Source: Octopus sinensis
Taxonomy: Eukaryota
NCBI RefSeq assembly: GCF_006345805.1
Contig: NC_043026.1
Location: 9,610,001-9,674,000 of the forward strand
DNA: 64,000 bases
Reading direction: 5' to 3'
Both the position numbers and the translations under genes were made by a program. Below are positions 21,026-33,539 of the stretch, one piece after another (position 1 is the stretch's first letter; each line of letters begins with the position of its first letter). The notes under the pieces were generated by a model, which was not told the origin of the DNA, made no database searches, and saw nothing but the letters and a program-made list of their open reading frames with translations.

Positions 21026-22032
21026 TACGAAGAGAAAACCGTAATATATAGAGCTTACCTTGTATTATATTAAAAAACTATTCGGTACTGGCTCTTCTGC
21101 AGATTCTGTTCAGTATACGTATTTGTTCAGTTATCGAAGAAAGACTTGAGAAAATTCACTAAGAGAAACGAAAATAGAAGGAATTCGGATATTAAAAATA
21201 TTCTATCATAAATACTCGAAATTAAATTAATGAGGGGCATGCATTTTTTTGTGTGTGAATTAAACTGTGCTATAAGGGACCAGCGTGCTGAAGAGAGGTC
21301 CCAACGTTTGCTCTGCGAGTCGTGAAAAGGTGACTAAAAGTAGGAGGTAGAAATTGCACTCCGACCTCATAAAAACCCTTACCGGCAACGAGGACGACCC
21401 CAAAAGACCCATGGATTGGAAGGTTGCCGTCCGAGTGGCGACAAGATGACATCTGCTCCGAGTAGTATGGAATCGCCCACAAATGGCGAATGCAGTGATG
21501 CGCTCTTACAACGCCATTTTCATCCTTCTTTATTAATAATGTTAGGTTCACCATTATTATCGACATGTCAAAGAAAACACCCAACGATTCCTTGGCGTAC
21601 CGTAAATGGCGACTAAAAATGGTTGGAGTGGGGCCCAACATCGTAAAAATTCACTAGCAACGACTACCCAAACATATCCATGGGTCAGTGTGCTGTCGCC
21701 TGAGTGGTGACAAGGTGTCGTCTGCCAGCAACAAAGTGTCGTCTGCGAAGACTAGTAATATGCTGTGTAGGGGACCGACATGTCAAAGAATAGACGCAAC
21801 GTTTCCTCTGAGCGTCATAAGATGCGATTAAAGGTTGATGTAGGATTTGCATTCCGCTTTCGCAGAAACCTCTCATCAAGAACGGCTACACGAAACATTC
21901 GCATGGGTTGGAAGATTATCTCCTGAGTGGCGGCAAGATGCCGCCTGTCAGGAGTAGCGTGTCGTCTGCCAACAAATGGTGGAGCGAGCGTACAGCAGAT
22001 GTCCAAAACCTACTAGTGTGGGGAAAAAAATC

Positions 22033-22067
<35 letters not shown>

Positions 22068-22764
22068 TATATCAATAATAATAAAGGGTGAAATTAATTA
22101 ATTTGGAATAATCATTAATTTCACCAAGTAGATTTCGGCATGTAAAAGCCCCATTCAAGGAAGGTTTAAGTAATACTAAGTAATTAAGGCTTTAGCAACG
22201 ATTTGCCTCACCACACACCGAATTTAGAAATAGCAGTCAAAGAGTTTTGGCTATTCTTAATTATTATATATATATATATATATATAGGAATAAAAGCAAT
22301 AAAGTTTTGAATTAAACATAGGTAGTTATACAGATTATCGGATCGTCACTCACCGTTCTCTAAAACAAAATGCAACTAAAAGCAAACACGATATCAATAT
22401 TTATAGAAGATTGAACGTGTGTGCATGTGAGTAGATTTATATGTGTGAAAGTATTAATGAATGTTTGTATGCTTGATTGCGTGTGTGTGTGTGTGGCCAA
22501 GTCGAGTCTATTGTAGCTTAGGTGACGACAAAACCAAACAGTTATAAAGTGGCTCATTGCTCTACTGTTTGGTTAAATGTTGTTGTTGTTGATACGACTG
22601 AGGTGAGTGCAGTACTTAGTTCGAATCTCGCCTACGACTGGCAGTTGATTTACTAATTAAAATCTCTAACAAGTCCGTCCATCTACGATGGCGGTATAAA
22701 ACGAGGGAGACAAATTATAACAACAGTATGTATTGAAAAATGTGTCAATGGATTTTAATATCAA

Positions 22765-23157
22765 CTAGCAGCATCGCCCGGCGTTGCTCGGGTTTGTAAG
22801 GGAAATAACTATAAAGCATTTTTAGAGAGTTATAGCCTAAAAACAGCAAAAAATGCATCAAAAATGGAAAAAAAATTATGGTAAATTTTTTTTTTAATCG
22901 TTGACTCATCGTAGACATTTTTAGAGAGTTACTTCCCTTTATTTAAAAAATATGCTTTAAAATGGGAAAAAATGATGGTAAATTTTTTTTTTAATCGTAG
23001 ACTCATCGTAGACGCGCGCTACCCAGAAGGGCTCGATATGAATCACGACTATAAGATACCCGGTTTTGGTTAAACTGCACCGCAAAATGTGGGAGTAGTT
23101 AGGAATCTAAATCGTAGGGGACAGACACTCACACAACTACAGTTTTATATATATAGA
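22765..23157 (-). mobile_element. Non-autonomous Helitron
   Basis: A|CTAG end with hairpin; matches 4414-4946. Confidence 0.8.
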
Positions 23158-23474
23158 TATGATTACAAAACTTATTTTCTGTTTGGTCGATACTAATTTT
23201 CAAATTACAGGAGCCCGTTGCTCTACTTATAACGACGTGACCGTGTGTAAACATTGAAGTGGGTAAAAATACACCTACACGATCTATATAGTCAGGCCCT
23301 GTGCCTTGTTTGCTGTGAATGAGAATGCCAGTTTTATAGAAAACTCCCTGCATCTTAATTGGAACGGAAACTGGTTATCGGTTGGATTAAGGGGTATCCG
23401 CGGAATGAACAGGCGTTTACTATTGTGGAGGCCAGTTGCAATCACTGCTTTGATAACATTGGAATTTAGTTCCG

Positions 23475-24848
23475 CTACCTATTTCTTTACTACCCACAAC
23501 TGGTACTTAATTTATCGACCCCAAAAGGATGAAAGGCAAAGTCGACCTCGGCCGAATTTGAACTCAGAACGTAACGGCAGACGAAATACCTATTTCTTTA
23601 CTACCCACAAGGGGCTAAACACAGAGAGGACAAACAAGCACACGGATTAAGTCGATTCTATCGACCCCAGTGCGCAACTGGTACTTAATTTATCGACCCC
23701 AAAAGGATGAAAGGCAAAGTCGACCTCGGCGGAATTTGAACTCAGAACGTAACGGCAGACGAAATACCTATTTCTTTATTACCCACAAGGGGCTAAACAC
23801 AGAGAGGACAAACAAGGACAGACAAACGGATTAAGTCGATTCTATCGACCCCAGTGCGTAACTGGTACTTAATTTATCGACCCCAAAAGGATGAAAGGCA
23901 AAGTCGACCTCGGCGGAATTTGAACTCACAACGTAACGACAGACGAAATACCTATTTCTTTACTACCCACAAGGGGCTAAACACAGAGAGAACAAACAAG
24001 TACACGGATTAAATCGATTCTATCGACCCCAATGCGTAACTGGTACTTAATTTATCGACCCCGAAAGGATGAAAGGCAAAGTCGACCTCGGCGGAATTTG
24101 AACTCAGAATGTTGCGGAAGACGAAACACCTATTTCTTTACTACCCACAAGGGGCTAAACACAGAGAGGACAAACAAGCACACGGATTAAGTCGATTCTA
24201 TCGACCCCAGTGCGTAACTGGTACTTAATTTATCGACCCCGAAAGGATGAAAGGCAAAGTCGACCCCGGCGGAATTTGAACTCAGAATGTAACGGCAGAC
24301 GAAATACCTATTTCTTTACTACCCACAAGGGGCTAAACACAGAGAGAACAAACAAGCATACGGATTAAGTCGATTCTATAGACCCCAGTGCGTAACTGGT
24401 ACTTAATTTATCGACCCCGAATGGATGAAAGGCAAAGTCGACCTCGGCGGAATTTGAACTCAGAATGTAACGGCAGACGAAATACCTATTTCTTTACTAC
24501 CCACAAGGGGCTAAACACAGAAAGGACAAACAAGGACAGACAAACGGATTAAGTCGATTCTATTGACCCCAGTGCGTAACTGGTACTTAATTTATCGACC
24601 CCGAAAGGATGAAAGGCAAAGTCGACCTCGGCGGAATTTGAACTCAGAACATAACGGCAGACGAAATACCTATTTCTTTACTACCCACAAGGGGCTAAAC
24701 ACAGAGGGGACAAACAAGGACAGACAAACGGATTAAGTCGATTCTATCGACCCCAGTGCGTAACTGGTACTTAATTTATCGGCCCCAAAAAGATGAAAGG
24801 CAAAGTCGACCCCGGCGGAATTTGAACTCAGAACGTAACGGCAGACGA
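23475..24848 (-). repeat. SINE B-derived tandem array, ~8 units of 178-184 bp
   Basis: GAAATAC anchor at 23583, 23761, 23945, 24123, 24301, 24479, 24663. Confidence 0.95.
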
Positions 24849-24849
24849 T

Positions 24850-24995
24850 CCAGTCTGTCTTCCCATTCGTTTCTTTTTATATATTGTTAATTTTTAATCT
24901 CACATTTTTGTAAAAATCATACGTTTATCTGACCCCCAAATCAGATTGTGATGTCCCCTCTATGTTGGCCCCTTGTGGGCAATAAAAAAAAAAAT
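24850..24995 (+). mobile_element. LINE 3'UTR remnant sharing the SINE B tail
   Basis: TTGTGATGTCCCCTCTATGTTGGCCCCTTGTGGGCAATAAAAAA, similar to the tail at 5985-6030. Confidence 0.5.
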
Positions 24996-25423
24996 CAGTA
25001 AGCATTGATGCTTAGGACAGGGAAAAGACAATTTATTATTTCCTAAGCAGTTCGTGTTTTTGCTTTATGCCGTGGTGTCACCCCTACTGTAAAAATGAAG
25101 TAATCGTAGTCACACTCTAGTATAAATATCGATATTTTGGCGGTCGTCCTTTTTGCAACAGACGGTAAGTAGTTACAGCTTCCTTCTAGAAGAGGTTCAT
25201 TGTCTCTTGTGACATTTGTAAAATTTTGAACATTTTTGAACTCATTGAAAAAAAAGAACATTGTCTTAGAGAAGCGGGGGTCGGCAGGCGCTTTCGTCTT
25301 CTCCCATCACCATCTTCGTTCCCTCACCATCATTCATTAATGTCTATGTCCAGCCCGCGAAGCTACTCTCTGTGTACTGCCCTTGTGGCAAATTAAATAA
25401 AATTAACTAGCTTCCTTCTAGTG

Positions 25424-25575
25424 GAGGCGCAATGGCCCAGTGGCTAGGGCAGCGGACACGCGGTCGTGGGATCACGGTTTCGATTCCTAGACCAGGCATT
25501 GTGTGTGTTTATTGAGCGAAAACACCTAAAAGCTCCACTAGGCTCCGGCAGGGGTTAGTGTGGTGGCGACTTCCT
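25424..25575 (+). mobile_element. SINE family C, 5' fragment
   Basis: Head GGAGGCGCAATGGCCCAGTGG. Confidence 0.8.
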
Positions 25576-25607
25576 GTTGTTTAAAGCAAAGCTATATTGC
25601 TCTATAT

Positions 25608-25814
25608 CAGGGGTGGGCGAACTTTTTTGATCGCGGGCCGCACAGTGCGTCTTTGGAACCTTGGCGGGCCTCATTTATAAAAATCAAGTGAAAATATTTT
25701 TAAAGGCGGTTATAGACCTATAGACACACAATTGATTGAAAAGAAATTTTGTGTAATATTCCTCTCGGCGGGCCGCATGAAAACCTATGGCGGGCCGTAG
25801 TTTGCCCACCCCTG
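25608..25814. mobile_element. hAT-type MITE
   Basis: TIR CAGGGGTGGGCGAACT / AGTTTGCCCACCCCTG; exact 8-bp TSD CTCTATAT at 25600-25607 and 25815-25822. Confidence 0.9.
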
Positions 25815-26156
25815 CTCTATATACTGCTTTTATGGCAAATTCGATAAAATAAATTCTACAATTTTTAGACTCAAACTCTTTATGCAGACTAGTTTTAATG
25901 TTCTGTTCATTTTAAAATTTGACTTCAAAAATATTTATACCGTGTTTATTCTGTTATCTAATTTGTTTAATTATCTACAAATTTCATCCTACCGTTTTGA
26001 AACTTTGAATTATTCTCGTTAGACATTTTAAAGTTCCATGCATTTTTAAGTTCAACCCTCAAAATATACGTTATTTAATCTGCTTTGTTCAGTTTAATTA
26101 AACCCTTTGTCATTTTATCTGTAAAAAAAAAAATTCTTATGTAAATGACTTTTATA

Positions 26157-26554
26157 TCTTTATATATAAAAGTAAGGTTGTGTGTGCTGTCTGTCTCCTA
26201 CGATTTAGATTCCTAACTACTCCCACATTTTGCGGTGCAGTTTAACCAAAAGCGGGTATCTTATAGTCGTGATTCATATCGAGCCCTTCTGGGTATTAGC
26301 GCGCGTCTACGATGGGTCTACGATTTTAAAAAAAATTTACCATCAATTTTTCCCACTTTTAATCCATTTTTGGCATATATAAGGGAAGTAACTCTCTAAA
26401 AATTTATTATTAAATCTCAGAACGTAAAAAAGCTACAGTAACACCCCCCTTTGTGGTTGGCCATATTGAGATGGCTATTACACTTTACATCTCTAAAAAT
26501 GCTTATATAGTTATTTCCCTTACAAACCCGAGCAATGCCGGGCGATACTGCGAG
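26157..26554 (+). mobile_element. Non-autonomous Helitron with variant internal segment
   Basis: Family termini; unique ~95-bp segment at ~26400-26490. Confidence 0.8.
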
Positions 26555-26596
26555 TAGCATATATTTAGAAAGCGAGTCAGCTTTCTCTTTTCTCTT

Positions 26597-26793
26597 TTTC
26601 TTGTTTCAGTCATTTGACTGCGGCCATGCTGGAGCACCGCCTTTTATCGTCGAGCAAATCGACCCCGGGACTTATTCTTTGTAAGCCCAGTACTTATTCT
26701 ATCGGTCTCTTTTGCCGAACCGCTAGGTGACGGACGTAAACACACACCAGCATCGGTTGTCAAGCAATGCTAGAGGGACAAACACAAACACAC

Positions 26794-26838
<45 letters not shown>

Positions 26839-27006
26839 CACATATATACGACAGGCTTCTTTCAGTTTCCGTCTACCAAATCCACTCACAAGGCATTGGT
26901 CGGCCCGGGGCTATAGCAGAAGACACTTGCCCAAGATGCCACGCAGTGGGACTGAACCCAGAACCATGTGGTTGGGAAGCAAGCTACTTACCACACAGCC
27001 ACTCCT
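26597..27006 (-). mobile_element. SINE family A
   Basis: Full body. Confidence 0.9.
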
Positions 27007-27380
27007 GCAAAATCGTTGGACAAAATGCTTAGTAGATATGTTTTGCACTTGGTTTATGCTTTGAACCCCAAATCTGCAGATGTCGACTCCACCTTTTTAT
27101 CGTTCTAGATCGATAAAATCTCTGGCTGGCAATTTTGACAAATGTCCCACGGGGGAAAGCAAGGGCGTCGGATAAGGCGGATGCCGTCGTTGTTAAGGAA
27201 CAGAGCTCGTATCTGTGAGTGTCAGTGGGAATGCAGGTTCATATGTGGTCCCTTATCACGTGCAAGCACACTTTGGGGATAGTGTGATCCGTAGCAGCCC
27301 CGCCTCGCCGTCGTTTGTCGACCGTTGAATAGAATTCGCTGACCCAATGACTGCCAATGATCGGAGCAGGTATAGCTTCT

Positions 27381-27612
27381 GCGGAGAGCTGGCAGAAACG
27401 TTAGCACGCCGGACGAAATGCTTAGCGGTATTTCATCTGCCGCTACGTTCTGAGTTCACATTCCGCCGAGGTCGACTTTGCCTTTCATCCTTTCGGGCTC
27501 GATAAATTAAGTACCAGTTACGCACTGGGGTCGATGTAATCGACTTAATACCCATGTCTGTCCTTGTTTGTCCCCTCTGTGTTTAGCCCCTTGTGGTTAG
27601 TAAAGGAATAGG
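27381..27612 (+). mobile_element. SINE family B monomer
   Basis: Single unit; flanking AGGTATAGCTT(C/T)TGC repeat consistent with a TSD. Confidence 0.85.
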
Positions 27613-28102
27613 TATAGCTTTTGCATAGAAGCAGTTGATGCACATGTCATTTAACCCATAAGCCGGGGCCCTAACAAGTGCTAATAGTCCGGGTCAGATC
27701 TGGGAACAGTAGTGGCGAAGAAGGGGTTCAACATTCGTCCGAGCCCTGGAACTTCCGAACCAAGGTCCCACTATCGGTTGCGGTTTTAAGTTTTACTCGG
27801 GACCAAGTGACCACATCATCCGTTGGTGATTCGGTGCCAGTCTGGCGTGTGATCTACGGGGGGAGGTTACTGTCGGACATACTTAGCATTGTAAATGTAT
27901 TCTTTCAAAATTCTGACGATTTTAATAAGAAAATCCTGTTTCATTTGACTTAGTAAACAAGAAGTTAAGGATAAACAACCTAAATGAGTGTAGGTCACCC
28001 ACCGAAGTATATTTGTTCACATAGATCACACAGCAATAATCTGAATTCTCGTCAAAGAAAAAGCATTCACTAAATCCACAGCTAAGTTAATATATATATA
28101 TA

Positions 28103-29002
28103 CTAGCAGTATCGCCCGGCGTTGCTCGGATTTGTAAGGGAAATAACTATATAAGCATTTTTAGAGAGTTATAGCCAAAAAATAGCAAAAGAATGCATAA
28201 AAAAATGGAAAAAAAATTATGGTAATTTTTTTTTAATCGTTGACTCATCGTAGACATTTTTAGAGAGTTACTTCCCTTATATAATAGCGAAAAAATGCAT
28301 TAAAATGGGAAAAAAATGATGGTAAATTTATTTTTAAATCGTAGACTCATCGTAGACGCGCGCTAATACCCAGAAGGGCTCGATATGAATCACGACTATA
28401 AGATACCCGCTTTTGGTTAAACTGCACCGCAAAATGTGGGAGTAGTTAGGAATCTAAATCGTAGGAGACACACAACTTCACTTTTATATATATACTAAGA
28501 GTATCGCCCGGCGTTGCTCGGGTTTGTAAGGGAAATAACTATATAAGCATTTTTGGAGTTACTTCCCTTATAGATGCCAATTCGGGCTTTCTTAGCTATT
28601 TCTGTTTTGGTGTCTTCAAGCCATGAAGTCGTTGTTCTAAAAGAACGCTGGTCTCCTTGACAACGCTTTACGACGTTGATTTCCTTACACTCCCTTCCCC
28701 ACAGCTTCACGAGGGAGGGAAGAAGGGGAGAAGCAACACAGGTGCAGGTGTGACCATGGACGCCAACTCCGCCGCCATCGACACACGAAAAAATATGCGT
28801 TAAAATGGAAAAAAATGATGTTAAATTATTTTTAAAATCGTAGACTCATGGTAGACGCGCGCTAATAGTCAGACGGGCTAGATATGAATCACGACTATAA
28901 GATACCCGAATTTGGTTAAACTGCACCGCAAAATGTGGGAGTAGTTAGGAATCTAAATCGTAGGAGACAGACAGCACACAACCTTACTTTTATATATAAA
29001 GA
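28103..29002 (-). mobile_element. Two head-to-tail Helitron copies (28103-28494; 28495-29002, the latter with a ~230-bp unique internal segment)
   Basis: Family termini and hairpin repeated; unique segment at ~28570-28795. Confidence 0.8.
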
Positions 29003-30360
29003 TGTATATATAATTTTTATTTCTCGATTTCAGAATATATCCCGCTCGCTGTGATACTATAATCAGCTTCATTTGAAATACTGTACGAAAATGTTCCTGT
29101 GGTTTTTAAGGCTTTACTTAAGAGGCCTCAGATATGCATACCGAGTTGCAAGCAGAACGCTTTCGTTGGTAAATGCCCTGCGTTATGGTGGACCACGCGG
29201 AAGACGAGCCATAAGGAACTAATCGATTGGACCTCACAATATGGCAGCCTCGAGTAGTAAAAAAAAATATTTAAAAAAAACTGCTCGTTTGGCAGTTATG
29301 TCCTAAAAAAAACAAAACCATTATCTATAACGTAAAAATGGCAGCTTGGTCGTCAGACGGTTCTTCCTCGAAGGACAGTCTTTGAATTATGCTTCGTCCA
29401 CTGATGGCTGAAGGGAGAGAAGTTGGCGGTATGATTCGTGATGGCGGACGTAGAAGAATCCAACACAGGCTCTGCCAAGTATTCCGTGATGTTGTAGAAA
29501 CCTCCAATGAAGTGCTGAAGTGGTTCGTCTCCGATGAAGAACGTGGCAGATTAAATACTTCGAAATATAAAATTGTTTCGGTTGTTTTTAGAAAGCATTA
29601 TAAAATACCAGGTACATTTAGTTTAAATCAGAAAATCCAATCGTTTTAAAACTTGATGTACACCATCTTTCCTCGGTTTATCGTCTTTACTTTTTATAAA
29701 GACTAATACACATGGTTATGTAGTATATACCCACAATGGTTTATACCTCGTTGTATATATGTATATATATCTACCGGCTACTTTTCCTTCCTTTGGGAAG
29801 GAAAAGCATCAATAGACCGGGTAAAGATTAATTTTTTTTTTTGCTTTTAATTTCAATGTTAATTTTAAGTCTTAAATTAAAATTTTTTCGAACTTTCGTT
29901 CCGCATAAGGCCTCTCTTTTTAAAACGTCTTAAAATTGTTCTGTATTTTTTTCATATTTTTGTTTCATGAATAAATTTAACTAAATTTCGAATTGTAATT
30001 AAATTACATTTTTTTTTTTTTTTTTACACTTTTTTGTAATCTTATTTCGTCTTACCTTTTAAATGGCGGTGCCCCAGCATGGCCACAGCTCATGAGCTGA
30101 AACTAGAATCAATCAATCAATCATATGAATCTAAGTAACAGGGTGATAAGTAACAGCAAAAAAAGTTCGTTTTACTTTTGATTCTAACATTGAATACTTC
30201 TGTTTATAGAACATTCTGATAGAAATAAGAATTCTTTGTTTTTCCAATAACTGATGCAAATTTAATACAATGAAAATGTCCCCTTAATGGTTCACGAAAT
30301 CCTTAAACATTTTATAGGAGTTACCTTCCTTCGTTCTCCTCTCCCTAAATCTGTAATGAG

Positions 30361-30665
30361 TGGAGGTGTAATGGCCCAGTGGTTAGGGCAGCAGACTCGC
30401 GGTCATAGGATCGCGGTTTCGATTCCCAGACCGGGCGTTGTGAGTGTTTATTGAGCGAAAACACCTAAAAGCTCCACGAGGCTCCGGCAGGGGATGGTGG
30501 TGATCCCTGCTGTACTCTTTCACCACAACTTTCTCTCACTCTTACTTCCTGTTTCTGTTGTACCTGTATTTCAAAGGGCCGGCCTTGTCACTCTCTGTGT
30601 CACGCTGAATATCCCCGAGAACTACGTTAAGGGTGCACGTGTCTGTGGAGTGCTCAGCCACTTAC
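30361..30665 (+). mobile_element. SINE family C, 3'-truncated by the SINE B array
   Basis: Head and body up to CACTTAC. Confidence 0.85.
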
Positions 30666-32380
30666 AAGGACAGACAAATGGATTAAGTCAATTATATCGA
30701 CCCCAGTGCGTAACTGGTGCTTAATTTATCGACCCCGAAAGGATGAAGGGCAAAGTCGACCTCGGCGGAGTTTGAACTCAGAACGTAGCGGCAGACGAAA
30801 TACCTATTTCTTTACTACCCACAGGGGACAAACAAGGACAGGCAAACGGATTAAGTCAATAACATCGACTCCAGTGCGTAACTGGTACTTAATTTATCGA
30901 CCCCGAAAGGATGAAAGGCAAAGTCGACCTCGGCGGAATTTGAACTCAGAATGTAACGGCAGACGAAATACCCATTTCTTTACTACCCACAAGGGGCTAA
31001 ACACAGAGAGGACAAACAAGGACAGACAAACGGATTAATTTATCGACCCCGAAAGGATGAAAGGCAAAGTCGACCTCGGCGGAATTTGAACTCAGAATGT
31101 AACGGCAGACGAAATACCTATTTCTTTATTACCCACAAGGGGCTAAACACAGAGAGGACAAACAAGGACAGACAAACGTATTGAGTCAAGTACCAGTGCG
31201 TAGATGGTACTTAATTTATCGACCCCGAAAGGATGAAAGGCAAAGTCAACCTCGACGGAATTTGAACTCAGAACGTAACCGCAGACGAAATACCTATTTC
31301 TTTACTACCCACAGGGGACAAACAAGGACAGGCAAACGGATTAAGTCAATAACATCGACTCCAGTGCGTAACTGGTACTTAATTTATCGACCCCGAAAGG
31401 ATGAAAGGCAAAGTCGACCTCGGCGGAATTTGAACTCAGAATGTAACGGCAGACGAAATACCCATTTCTTTACTACCCACAAGGGGCTAAACACAGAGAG
31501 GACAAACAGGACAGACAAACGGATTATTTATCGACCCCGAAAGGATGAAAGGCAAAGTCGACCTCGGCGGAATTTGAACTCAGAATGTAACGGCAGACGA
31601 AATACCTATTTCTTTATTACCACAAGGGGCTAAACACAGGAGGACAAACAAGGACAGACAAACGGATTAATTTATCGACCCCGAAAGGATGAAAGGCAAA
31701 GTCGACCTCGGCGGAATTTGAACTCAGAATGTAACGGCAGACGAAATACCCATTTCTTTACTACCCACAAGGGGCTAAACACAGAGAGGACAAACCATGA
31801 CAGACAAACGGATTAATTTATCGACCCCGAAAGGATGAAAGGCAAAGTCGACCTCGGCGGAATTTGAACTCAGAATGTAACGGCAGACGAAATACCCATT
31901 TCTTTACTACCCACAAGGGGCTAAACACAGAGAGGACAAACAAGGACAGACAAACGGATTAATTTATCGACCCCGAAAGGATGAAAGGCAAAGTCGACCT
32001 CGGCGGAATTTGAACTCAGAATGTAACGGCAGACGAAATACCCATTTCTTTACTACCCACAAGGGGCTAAACACAGAGGACAAACAAGGACAGACAAACG
32101 GATTAATTTATCGACCCCGAAAGGATGAAAGGCAAAGTCGACCTCGGCGGAATTTGAACTCAGAATGTAACGGCAGACGAAATACCCATTTCTTTACTAC
32201 CCACAAGGGGCTAAACACAGAGAGGACAAAGAAGGACAGACAAACGGATTAATTTATCGACCCCGAAAGGATGAAAGGCAAAGTTGACCTCGGCGGAATT
32301 TGAACTCAGAACGTAGCGACGGACGAAATATCGCTAAGCATTTCCCCGGCGTGCTAACGATTCTGCCAGCTCGCTGCTTT
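30666..32380 (-). repeat. SINE B-derived tandem array, ~11 units of mixed length (~145-176 bp), single head at the distal end
   Basis: Repeated ATCGACCCCGAAAGGATGAAAGGCAAAGTCGACC; head GCTAACGATTCTGCCAGCTCGC at ~32352-32373. Confidence 0.95.
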
Positions 32381-32477
32381 CATCTCTCGACATATTAACC
32401 CGTATATTTTCACTGAGATGTCAATTAAATATATATTTGAACGAAAGTATACGTTTACTGTACTCTGAGGGATTTGT

Positions 32478-32657
32478 GGCAATCTTTCGTCTCTAGTAGA
32501 CCTTTCCGTCGATTTCCGTAAAAAACTTCCTTTTTTTTTTTTACATATGGGCTTGCGGGAACACTAACAGAAGCACTTCACTTACACAACATACTGTCTG
32601 TCTCCCACACCCCATCACACACACACACACACATACACACATACACCACACACACAT

Positions 32658-32742
<85 letters not shown>

Positions 32743-33005
32743 TATACACACACACAACACATATACACACACACACCACACACATATACACACACATATA
32801 CACACACCACACACACATACACACACACACACAACACATATACACACACATATACACACACACACACATATACACACCCACACACATATACACACCCACA
32901 TATACACACCCACACACACATACACACACACACATATACACACACACATATACACACACACATACACACACACATACACACACACATATACACACACACA
33001 CATAT

Positions 33006-33036
<31 letters not shown>

Positions 33037-33302
33037 TACACACACACACACACACCACACACACATATACACACATACACACACACACATATACACATAC
33101 ACATACACACACACACATACATACATACATCAATGTTTCCCATGCACGGTAACTTCAAGAGAACTTCCCACGTCATACAATCGCTTTCTCTTAGTCTCTT
33201 TCGCTGTCATTACTTCAAAAAGCCCCGCAAGCCCATATGTAAAAAGAAAAAAAGATTTTTACGGAAATCGACGGAAAGGTCTATTAGAGACGAAAGATTG
33301 CC
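32478..33302. mobile_element. Merlin-like MITE carrying an expanded (CA/TA)n microsatellite
   Basis: ~70-bp TIRs starting GGCAATCTTTCG; exact 8-bp TSD GGATTTGT; GG termini with 8-bp TSD fit the Merlin/IS1016 pattern. Confidence 0.75.
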
Positions 33303-33539
33303 GGATTTGTTAATAATGTCTAACCCGAGAAACATCGTTTGTGATGTTATTCCCGTTTTTTTGTTTTTTTTTTATCATTGTCGTTTCTATCAGTGACTTC
33401 ATAATAAATTATAACTCATTCGAAATAATGTGTTCTTATTCTTTCTTATATACAGATTCAATAAAAAATTTACATGAAAATGCAAAAATAAAATGGATGT
33501 TAAGAGGTTGGCAAATATTACGGATCTTTTCACTTTGAC

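Noticed and set aside
23475-24848. Regular array superficially like CRISPR or a regulatory RNA array
   Set aside because: No unique spacers; units are whole SINE B bodies; eukaryotic context with no cas genes
27130-27900. GC-balanced unique-looking segment split by SINE B
   Set aside because: No frame gave a recognisable protein motif; probably an old TE, left unannotated
30706-32252. Many ORFs with RPRKDERQSRPRRNLNSE or YHNFLSLLLPV motifs
   Set aside because: Translations of SINE B and SINE C sequence, repeated wherever those SINEs occur
32541-33176. Long Cys/Val-rich ORFs that look metallothionein- or keratin-like
   Set aside because: Pure (CA/TA)n microsatellite translation inside a MITE
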